A DNA stretch of 60,711 bases, filler included, from Sphacelaria rigidula (Eukaryota), in the NCBI GenBank assembly GCA_964200075.2. It is 6 parts of 6 records of this genome, joined end to end, with 100 filler letters (N's around TTAATTAATTAA, not from the genome) between each part and the next. Parts side by side here need not be neighbours in the genome. Positions count along the whole stretch, not along the records: positions 40,542 to 50,576 come from CAXNAA020007281.1; positions 50,677 to 60,711 come from CAXNAA020007282.1; 4 more parts are not named here. One strand, 5' to 3'. The position numbers and the translations under genes are program-made. Below the pieces are notes generated by a model, which worked only from the letters and a program-made list of their open reading frames with translations, did no database searches and was not told the DNA's origin. Every line of letters starts with the position of its first letter. Position 1 is the stretch's first letter. Of the stretch, positions 50,471-60,711 are shown in pieces.

Positions 50471-50576
50471 CGTGTGGAAAGACGACGTTTGCCGAAGGGG
50501 GCGTACTCTTGGTACAAGGCTTTGGATTCACTGTAGTGGTTGGGTAAGATTCATTTGGTCGATCCTGCTTCTGACA
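50375..50576. repeat. Perfect 90-bp inverted repeat at the contig end
   Basis: 50375-50464 is the exact reverse complement of 50487-50576. The 22-nt spacer includes 5 further paired bases. Confidence 0.95.
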
Positions 50577-50676
50577 NNNNNNNNNNNNNNNNNNNNNNNN
50601 NNNNNNNNNNNNNNNNNNNNTTAATTAATTAANNNNNNNNNNNNNNNNNNNNNNNNNNNNNNNNNNNNNNNNNNNN
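50577..50676. other. Artificial contig linker
   Basis: N44-TTAATTAATTAA-N44. Confidence 0.98.
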
Positions 50677-51120
50677 CCTACCCCATACGGGTTTTCTTTT
50701 TTCACTCTACCGTCCCTACCCCGGCACCCCCCGGCCTCTCGGGGCGGGGGGGGGGGGGGGGGGGGGATGCACTACAACCGTCATGTTCGCAACAGCAAGT
50801 TAGATCAGGCAGCTACTGATCCCCGCACAGAAACCAACTATATAGATTAACAGTCTGCACATGGGACACCATACTCAAGGTAGGCAGGGAGAGCAAGAAA
50901 TAAGCCGTTTCGCTTCAAAACCACGACAAGGGGGCGGGTGGCCTCCCTCCTCCCTCCCCGGGTATCTAAAGGCGGGGCTCCGTATTGGTGTCCGTTTCAG
51001 AGCTTGACCTAGTGTAATGCGTGAGAGGACCGCGTGCTTGGAGGACCGCGCCGTAGTTCAAAACACCGCAGGATCGATATTTTTCAAAACCAATCGGGCC
51101 AGTCCTTGCAGGTACCACGC

Positions 51121-51162
51121 CCCTGACCTGACCCCAACACTAACCCTTACCCTAACCCTAAC
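51121..51162 (+). repeat. Interstitial degenerate (CCCTAA)n tract
   Basis: ccctgacctgaccccaacactaacccttaccctaaccctaac. Confidence 0.6.
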
Positions 51163-54100
51163 AATGGGGATGTTCAAATTCCGATGCGGTCCTCTAAGCA
51201 CGCGGTCCCCTCACCCATTACACTAGTGTACCGTCATGGTTGCATTGTACAATAGAATGAGGATATCCTTTTGTGGGAAGAACATACACACACACACTTA
51301 TGTCAGTGCGGGAGAATAAACGAAAGGGGGTCTACACTTTGACGCTCTTGGCTCAGCGATGGCGGGTAGTGGGATTCCGGCTAGACCTATAAATGTTGCT
51401 CACGACAAAGCTTCAGGCTTTTGTGGGTGAAACGCATCATGTCTTATCATAAACATAGTTGTGTTGACAGAGCATGTCGACACCACGCTCGACGATGGCA
51501 TTTGTAGCGTGGCAGAAATCGTCGGAACGCCAATCAAACTAGGGTACACCCCACACGCAAAGTCAACTAGTCATTCCCTGCAATGGCGATTCTTAAGCCC
51601 CTCTATTGTCACGGTCGAACTCCATCTTTGCGAGCCGTTGAGCGTTGGTCACACGCTGCCATAATCCCTCCGCCAAAATGAATACCTCCTAGGAAATTGC
51701 GGCGTGCAACACCTTGACACCACCGAGTATGTGCTGGTCACCGTCCTCTACAGCAGGCTTCCCAGTGGCAACGTATGTCGACTCGCTGAAACGTTGAATT
51801 GTGTTCCTGCAACGGTCAGACGTGAGGTGCCTTTCATACCGCGGAGCTTCCTGAACCCTCTTTCGGAATGGTCATACTCTCACGACAGACGTGTTCGGGT
51901 GAAAGTCCCGCTGCTGACCTTCGAAGCACTACGACGCTTTCTACGATAGCCCTCCCCCCCAAAGCGGGGCTGGTCTGAGGACGCGAAATCTTCGCGTGAA
52001 ATCGAAAGTACAACAGCCGATCACAACGAGCGGCTGGGAATTCCCAAGCTTGGGTTCGTTTTCGCTAATGTTGCCCACATGAGGCGCTTCATGCACCCTG
52101 AAACCAAACATCAGGCGCTGTTTGGCCATTTTCTTCGTGGCAGTTTTGGGCTGCTTTTGTTTTATTTGGGTGGGGGGGTATCGTTGAAAAACTCCTAAGC
52201 TCCAGCTTTGTTTCAAGATGACCGTGCGTACTTGGGGAACATCCAGCGGTCTCGCTTTACCATTCCGTCTGCAGTCACATGCTCCTTCAAATGAAAACCA
52301 CCGACACATCTCGTGTAGATATGGGGATCGGCATCGAGCTTTCCTTGTGATCGATCGCTTCATATTCGAGACTTGAAAAGTACACAGTCTGCTGCAATCG
52401 TACTCCCTACCCGTTCGCTTCACGCAGTGAACCCATGCTTGAACAGTACGAGTCCAAGGTTTGGATGCCGCCCCTTCACTGACGCACGGGATGTGACGGA
52501 TGCCGCCACGGACTACTACACTGATGATGGCAACGACGTGCCCTACGCTCAACCGAGGCCCTCTGCTAATATGTCTAGCGTTTCGTGGTAAGGAGCGAGA
52601 GGAGTAGAATAATTTGCTCTACCGGCATGCAAGACATCTAGTAAGCTTGCGATGATTCGAAGGCATTCAGCCAGATAACCTGTGTATGCGCAGTCGGCAG
52701 GATAGTCCAAGTCGTGGGGGTCGCTTGGTCCACGGTATTCGCGCACACGCCAAAGTGTGGCGATCAAAGCATGTTGAAGTGATTCCGTCGATCAATATGC
52801 AGCCGTCGACTTGCCACAATTCACCTAGCCCAGGCGGTCGACTCTGCCAAATTATCGGTACTCATGCAATGCCCCGGTCGAGCGGGGTACGAGTAGCTCC
52901 ATCGATTTATCGGAGCAGTTCCGATATCCCACGGGCGGATGCTGGGGCCGATATCACACAGGGCAAAGGCATAGAGATGAATCTATCGTACGGCATTTTC
53001 ACCAAACATCTGCTAGGGTCGAAGGGGAAAATGTGGGCTAATATCCCAGGACCACCTCCTCGAAGAAACAACTGCCGGCGAGACAATTGTGTTTTGAAAG
53101 TAAGTGAGGGTCTTGATTAGCCTGGCATGTGGTGGGAGCACATCAAGTCTGATGCAGTTCACTTTTTACACGCTTAACCATGTCTACCCTCGCGCCCCCC
53201 CCCCGTCTTCCAGCATCTTCCTCGGGTGTGCACTTACGAGCGACGATGCCGACGACATGCAATCATGCTTTGAGGAGGTCGGACGCGACAAAGTGTTCGA
53301 AATGTGGGTGCTGACGTTCGTATCGCCGACTATTCTCTGTACTTGGGAGTGGTCTGCATTTGATACATGTGACGATCTACCTCATATTATTTATCATGGG
53401 TGTTGACGATACGTGCAGTATTGATAAGTGTAGCTTCCCTTGTGCTCGCAAACACCGCTGCGGTGACAAAACGACTCATCGATATGATAGCGTTGCCGGC
53501 GGGTTCTACTAGCTGCCTTCGGTGCGCGAGGAGGCATGTTCGCATTCCACCGTCCGCACTCTTTCAGGATGGTTCGATAAGGTGTAGCTGGTTTAGAATG
53601 CCCTCAAGATTGCGTGGGCAACAGAAGCACACTGCAGCGCGACATGACGGCTAGCGTCGGCTCGGATGGCTGCGTGTTTGGTGTTGCTCCTGTCGGTACC
53701 GCCGCGTCGAATTTGACGTAGGTGCGCACCTTGTACATTACAGGCCGCCGCCATGTGAGTACGCATCTTGATTTCTTCCGATGACCCTGCACGGCTTTGT
53801 GGCGTGTGACGTTTTCCTGGCTCGTACGCGGAAGAGAATATGGCCGGGCCAGGATTATTTCTGGTCTGTTAATATAAAACATGACCGACAGAATGCAGAG
53901 TGTGTGAAGGAGGGGAAAATGCATTATTGCCCTGGGAAAACTTCGCGGATGAGAGCGCAATGAGGTCACACGTTTTCGCCTGTACTGAGCGATTTTCTGG
54001 GCACATTCTCTTGCCCCAGAAATGATTTTTTCGTCTTACCCATGTTATCCGTACAATTACTCCAACGCCTGCATCGATCGTTGCGGCTATGCATGGCTCT

Positions 54101-55348
54101 ATCGATGCCTTATGTCTAATCTTCATCACACTTTTGAGAGGTAAATAAGGAAAGATGGAACACCGTGAAGCCGTGGGAAGTATTGGTCTGCAGCGCTTAG
54201 GGAGCAGGGTCTGCGATGAATATAACAGAGAGACAACGGGAAGGATTTGACCCATAGTGTGGGTGTAGCAAACACCGCACGGTAAACGTTCGAAATACGG
54301 AAAACACTCTTCGCCCTATCGCTTCTACCCGCTTCCTCTGCTTCGAACAGAGTCATACTACAACCCGAGCCCTACGCACTGAAGGAAGGCACGTTTTCTG
54401 GTCTCAGCAACCTGCGGACGATGTGAGTGCCAGCAAGCATCAATAGCGCATCGGCGCGGGAATACAAGCCAGCTCACTGCTCGTCCGTATATACTCCACT
54501 ACAGCTCTCTTATGCAGGAGATTGTCCCGGCTGCGATTTTTGCTGTGTACAAGCGGATGCGTGGATCGCAATTTCACCTGTAGATGATATCCGGCCGACG
54601 CTCGGTTGCCCTGACAGCATTACATGCGTGTGTCTGTACTATGCTGTTGTGGACGTACGCTGGTGTGTGTGCGACGACAGGAGGCTTGGTGGACGGGGAG
54701 GCTTGGCGTCGTTGGCGCCAGGTATTTTCTCAGAGTTGAAGAGCTTGGAACTTCTGTGAGTGAAATACATGCGTCTATTGCACCTTACGAAGTGCTTCAG
54801 TAGTGGACGGTCTAACTATTCATTTTGTGGCGTTTTGTGATTTTTTCGTGATTGGCGATTGTCTTCGACTCTTTTCGCTCGCCACCCCTTATCACATCGG
54901 GGATCTGAAAATATTTGTATGTGTTCCACATTTCGAAAAGAGAAAATCATTTGTATTCACTATTGCGTGACTTACGGGCTGACCGGTCATCGGGGGTCCT
55001 GCCACGTTTCAGCTCAGATTCTTCCTCTGCTGTATTTTCGGTCGATCGAGCCCGTCCCGATCATATTTGTGAAGAAATACAGTTTTATTTTTTCGAAATT
55101 CTCCCTACTCAGTGCACTAGGGCCGAAAACCTATGTTTCACGGTCAATATCACCCTCCTGCTAAACGGGGTATCTACTCGTTTCGCCCGATAACATCAAC
55201 TAACCCTGATTTGGGCACTGTGTTTCGGAGATTATTTGTTCTGTTATACCAAAATCTACCGACAGTGGCAATTTCGACTTCTATCGAAGAGTGGCACGCG
55301 AGGAAAACCCCGAAACATCACTGAATAGTTAGACCGCCCACTATTGTA

Positions 55349-55752
55349 GCAACATACGATAGCGGCGGTGTGCATTATCCCCTCTGGGACTGGGGCGGCC
55401 CTGTGTGGCTTGTCCGCCCCGTCTCGGTAGTTTTGAAGTTTCGGTCGAAGTGCAACAACATACGGCAGCGTTGGTGTGCAGTATCCCCTATGGCACCAGG
55501 GCGACCCCGAGTGGCTTGTTCGCCCCATGGGCGAAGTGCTAGCAACATGCGATAGCGGTGGTGTGAGTTATCCCCTATGGCACCAGGGCGATCCCGAGAG
55601 GCTTATTCACCCCATGTCGGTAGCTTTGAGGTTTTGGTCGAAGTGCTGATAAATTACGATGGGGGTGACATGTACTATCCCATATGGCACCGGGGCGACC
55701 CTGTGTGGCTTATTCGCCCCATGTCAGTAAGTAGCTTTGAGGTTTTCGTCGG
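55349..55752. repeat. Tandem array of four 85-108-bp units with an internal GC hairpin
   Basis: Units start at about 55349, 55455, 55540 and 55647. Consensus: CAACATACGATAGCGG.GGTGTG..TATCCCCTATGGCACC.GGGCGA.CC.G.GTGGCTT.TTCGCCCCATG...GTCGAAGTGC. Confidence 0.85.
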
Positions 55753-56039
55753 TGAACAAGAGAGGGCACGGTGCACCCTGTAGATGGATATATCAGAAGC
55801 CAACCAGCGGGTCCCGTAGGTCGGGAGTTTGAATCCTAGCCCCTCCCATCTCCCCCTTATCTCTAGACTCTTGGGTTGGCGTCGAGTTGCAACGGCGCTG
55901 TGAAACAAGCCACCAGAACCTAGACAGAAAAGGTAGACTGTCACCGTAAGTATACCAGACACCACCGCTAGACAGAAGAAATCCTCGGGTCGATAGCACA
56001 CTGGATATGCAACAACACAAAGAAACATCCCCTCCCCCC

Positions 56040-56510
56040 AGAAATAGACATGACATAAACCAAGCTGACCGTTTCTTTTTTTAACCCACCATAACACAGC
56101 TCGGACACGGACATAAAATGAAGAAGCTAAGCATCCTTTTTCTTTAACCTGACATAACACAGCCCGGACATAGACATGAAATTACGAAGCTAATCATCCT
56201 TTTTCACTAACCCACCATAGCACAGTCCGAATATAGACATGAACTTACGAAGCTAAGCAGCCTTTTCTTCAACCCACCATAACACAGCCCGGACGTAGAC
56301 ATGAAATAACGAAGCTTACCAGCCTTTTTGTTTGACTTACCATAATACAGCCCGAATATAGACATGAAATAGAGAAGCTAACCAGCCCATCCTTCAGCCT
56401 ACTATAACACAGCCCGGACATGGTCATGAAATGACGAAGCAACCCGTCCTTTCTTATTATTATACTAACCATAACACAGCTCGGGAATAGACGTGGAATA
56501 GCGAGAAAAA
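56040..56510. repeat. Minisatellite, about 7.5 units of 62-63 bp
   Basis: CATAACACAGCCCGGACATAGACATGAAAT.ACGAAGCTAA.CA.CCTTTT...AAC.CAC repeated at about 56091, 56153, 56216, 56278, 56341, 56403 and 56470. Confidence 0.9.
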
Positions 56511-57379
56511 ACAGTTACACTTCACCATATCAAAATGGAAAACAACCGAGATTTTTCCCCCCATATCATAACAAAGGCGGGACATAAAATGAAGCCAAAA
56601 CTAACACATGTATATAATAGCGTGAAGGTTGATCACCTTACATTCAAATCGAATATACAAAATGTATAACAAGTACGGACAGGGTGGGGTCATCACCCCC
56701 GACATTTTGAATCCACATGGAGGTTGGGGTCTCGTGATGAGATACCCATAAAACCTTACAGGTTTCCATTGGGCGGTGGAAATCTGGTGGACCTTTTCCT
56801 GAAATTCCCGACAGTAGGTGCAAAATGTATCCAATTAAGGGAAGGGGTGGATAATGCATGACACAAAAGTCAAGACTTACTGCACTCATGGAACCGACAC
56901 CTTACCAATGACCGACCACATGATCTACGTGAAAGAGCACCAAGCGGTACGTAGGCTTCTTGGAATCTTCAGAGATAGAACATGGTACAAAATGTGGAGA
57001 AATTATTAGCCAAGCTTTCGGCAGCGAAGGTCTACTCGGATGCATTAGTGGAGTAGCGATTCTCGGTGAACCGTGCACAGAATGAGAGGAAGTGGTGATG
57101 TACTGGCCATGTCGATGTGTGAGTAAGATCTTGTGTTATGCAAGCCGTCCTTGTACCTTATACCGCGAAAATGACCTCCATGGAGGAAAGTAATCAGTAC
57201 AGCAGTGGGGCAAGAAGATAGAAGATACGATCGTGGGACGCCTGAATGGTTTACCATGAAGATCGCCTGGCACGAGCGTGGGGTACTTGTGTCAAAGGTG
57301 TCGAACTTGGCTTCAGGCTACGAGCCCGTGTTCGAGGCTTTATTTAGGGTCGATAAGAAAGCAAAAAATCTGAACAGCA

Positions 57380-60300
57380 CCATAGGAGAAAGAGGGAACG
57401 GAAATGGGATGCAAAGTTGAAGATAACGCATGTGTAAGGGGAAAACGGAAGGGACAGAACCCCAAGAGCAGGGGAGCGGAGGGGATAGGGTTCTTAATCA
57501 AGAAATACCTGTGTGATGTCATAGAAGTGATGAAAGAGACGAAATTCGACGACAGCATATGGATAAGGGTACCAGGAGAGCGGGGAACGACGGACTTCTT
57601 CGTACGGAACATCGAAACGCCCCGAGATTCGAAGAGTAGGGTAAACGTTATACAGCGGAAGTTTGGAGAGATAGCAACATATGTACATTTGTATCAAAGG
57701 CAAGGAGAAGTAATTCTAGTGGGAGGTTTCAATGCAAGGGTTGAAAAACCAAGTCAACCGGATGATATCATTGGCCCAACAGTGGCGGAAAAAAAAAAAA
57801 GAACACAAATGAGATACAAACGCGGACGTTCCTCGAGAATAACGAGATGAAGACGCTGAACGATAGAGCACTAAAGCCAGAGGCGCAATGGACATGGGCT
57901 AGAAAATGCATAGACGAGAGAGAGAACGCTTCGTTCTTGACTGTATAGTGGTAGAGCATGGGAGTAGTAGGGAAATAAAGTACGTTTGTGCCTAGAGGAC
58001 GTGGAAACTACAGATCATTGCCTAATATGGACAGAGAGTCAACAGACGAGAGCTAGAAGAAGTAGGTGGTGTAGGAAGTTGTACAAATGGAGAATCGATG
58101 TACCAGAAGTGAAAGGAAAACAGCAAGACTTCCAAAAAGAGATGACCTAATGTACAGTGAAATTTTGTGAGTTGATAGAAAGCGTAGGTGCAGTGATACC
58201 GAAATGTAAAGGGATCGGGCAGGAGCGAAGATCATAGAAGGATGGGAGCAGTTGGTCAAGAACACCGCGAGTAAAGTCATAGGGGAGAAACGGATCGTAT
58301 GCACCAGAGCAGTGAAATAGTGGGATGAGGATGTAAAAGAGGTTTTAAGAGTAGTGAGAAGAGGGTAAGCGATAAAAAAGGTGGAGAAAAAGGGAGTATG
58401 AGAAGATGTAGTGAATAAAACTAATGAAGATTCCGATGGCGGGGTGAAACAAACATGGGTAGGGATAAAAGGGATGGTGGTAAACCAGGCATGAAAAATA
58501 GGCGAGGGTATAGCTGCACTACGGGCACAGAATGGTAAGATTGTTGGTAGTTTGAAGGGGGAGAGAGAAGTGCTAAAAGAGCACTACCGGGAGCTAGGAA
58601 CATCAAAAACTAGCAAGAAGTTCGACACAGAATTCATAAAAGAAATCAACGCGTGGGCAGAGGCAAATGTAGAGGTGTCAAGACAGGAGGACGGTGGCTC
58701 CAAAGAATTGCGGAGAGAGTTCACCCGATATGAAGGAAAGGAGTGTGTAGCTAACCTCAAGAACAGAAAGGCAGGAGGAACAGACAAAATCGTGAATGAA
58801 TTTATAGAGCGGGGGAAAGGCAATGGCTACGATGATGGTTATGCTGTACAATTGGATCTGGGAAAACGAGTAGACAGTCAAGATGTGGGGAGAAGGAGTA
58901 GTAGTAAACCTCTTCAAGAAAGGAGACAAGGCTGACCTAGGGATTATAAAAACGATAAAGTGGGAATGACTGTAGAAGAAGAAACATCAGGCGACGAGCA
59001 AGCAGGTTTTAGACCAAGCCGTAGTTTCGTACACTATGTGTACACATGTCGTAAGATTATTCAAGGTAGGAAAGGCGCCCGGCTGACAAACGTATTGTTT
59101 TTTTCTGGACGTACAAAAGTCCTACTGTATGACACAGAATGGAGAAATTGGCTGTGGAAAAAGTTGTGGGAAACTGGGATCAGAGGAAAGATGTGGAGAA
59201 TGGTGAAGAAGATGACATGATGTGCCGAAAGTGCTGTGATACTGGACGGGGAAACGGCCGAATATATTTGGTTTTGACAAGGAGTTGCACAAGGATGTAC
59301 GTTATCACTCACCTTATTCAAGGTCTTTATTGATAACTTGATAAGAGCAATAGCAGCAGCAAAGCAAGGAGTCAAGGTGGGGGAAGATACGGTATTGTGA
59401 TTCGTGATGTCGACTGATGATGCGGGGATCTCAGGAACGCTACAAGAATTTCAGAAGCAAATAGAGAAGGCGCTAGAACACACGAGGAAATGGGGAGTGA
59501 CAGCGAACGTTATCTAATGCGCCGTACTTGTATGTAACAAAGGTAAGAAAACTCCGGTAGAGTTCGAATGGAACTGCCGATCGTAGACCAGTATACATAC
59601 CTTGGCGTAGAGATCTTAAAAAAAAAACGTTCTTGGGATGCATACATGAGTACATGAGTAAAGTACAAGAAAAGGTGAAGGCACAGATAGACATGATGGA
59701 CGCGATCCCCAGAGACTCGCATCTAGATACTAGGGTTAAGGTATGTATCCTGATGAACATGATTGAAGCAAAGGTAGAATATGCAGGAGAAGTATGGGAG
59801 GGGAGCGTGAAGTCGGTGAAGAATTTGGAAACAGTACAGGTGGCAGCAGCGAAAAAAATACTTGAATCCTCGACAACGACGAGAAATACAGCATTGAGAG
59901 TAGAATTTGGAATGCAACCACTTGAAACAAACAGAAACACGAGGAAATTGAAATGGCAATACAGCGTAAGGAAGGTGCAGCGAAAGAGATTGCCAGCAAT
60001 AGTCGATAGGGTTGTATGGAAGTAAGTTACAAAAGGGCAGGCTGGAATAAGGTAGGATAGGAAAGTGGAGAGAGTATGGAAGGAGACAGGAAGAAACCAA
60101 GACGAAATGCTGTCCATAGGTGAAGGCATGGGGTACAAGACAAAAGTAAGAGACACGAACGAAACAAGGGTGAAAGAAGAGCTCAGACGCCAGGTACGAG
60201 GAAGAACACCTGAAGATATGCGGGAGGTTGAAACAGGATGTAGGGATGAAAACATATCTGCATGACCCAATGGACGCTGCGAAACAATTGGAACTGCGAT

Positions 60301-60667
60301 TCCGGGTGGGGGACCTGGACCCGCCAGAAGAAAGAGATTTACCAGTAGTCGAGAAAAGGGGGAAGCAGATGCACAGATTTGCCCCTGTGGCAAAGCAATA
60401 GAGAGCGGAAGTCATATGGTGGCAGAATGTGAACTATGCAAGAAGGAGCGGCACGTGCTAGATAAATGGTGGCCACAGACGGCGAAACACAACGGGGATA
60501 AGATATGTAAAATGTTATTCTGGAATGTTTGGCAAAGACGTAATGACCACCTACATGTTGAAAGCGTCTCTATTAGGAGTACGAATAGTGCTCCTTCTCG
60601 AAAGGGGTGCGTGATCAATGGTCAAACGACTAAGACAAGCAACAGATGAGTACGCCCCCCCCCCTCC
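57380..60667 (+). mobile_element. Degenerate APE-RT non-LTR retrotransposon (LINE) ending in a poly(C) tract
   Basis: APE endonuclease motifs (GIGFLIKK, DSIWIRV, VILVGGFNAR, TDH). RT motifs (NRKAGGTDKIVNEF, DEQAGFRPSRS, LWKKLWETGIRGK, GVAQGCTLS..LF..FID, TDD, YTYLG). C-terminal CPCG....H....C. Many stops and frameshifts. The ORF stop at 60647-60649 is followed almost directly by C10TCC. Confidence 0.9.
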
Positions 60668-60711
60668 AACACACACCACGGCGCTTCGCGCTTGGTGATT
60701 GAGTGCGAGCC

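Noticed and set aside
56040..56510. CRISPR-like periodicity (~62 bp)
   Set aside because: Entire units are homologous with no unique spacers, there are no cas genes, and the context is eukaryotic.
59473..60415. Long minus-strand ORFs (306 and 230 aa)
   Set aside because: They are antisense shadows of the purine-rich LINE ORF.

Overview
Eukaryotic DNA, most likely from a brown alga (Phaeophyceae, Ectocarpus-like). This is inferred from GT-AG introns, short exons, abundant poly-C/G tracts and the TE repertoire. The window is not one locus. It is six contigs (10,036 and 5 x 10,035 bp) joined by artificial 100-nt N44-TTAATTAATTAA-N44 linkers, so adjacency across linkers is meaningless. Host genes: a spliced leucine-rich-repeat gene and a convergent Sel1-repeat gene (contig 1); partial UbiE/MenG/COQ5 methyltransferase and eIF3g genes (contig 2); a partial secreted Cys-rich HHIP/folate-receptor-like gene (contig 3); one FolD exon (contig 4). 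The rest is mostly decayed TEs: Copia, a chromodomain Gypsy, two RTE LINE copies, three copies of an APE-RT LINE, and hAT/piggyBac-like MITEs, plus minisatellites. Best leads: (1) a LINE family that ends in poly(C) and appears to insert into C-tracts; (2) a Gypsy pol C-terminus with a chromodomain plus a second PWWP/Tudor-like module; (3) a tandem array whose hairpin shows a compensatory base change; (4) a family of ~100-bp TTAA-type MITEs with a shared core but different TIRs. No CRISPR array, rRNA or intact tRNA was found. All calls are by eye, without database searches.
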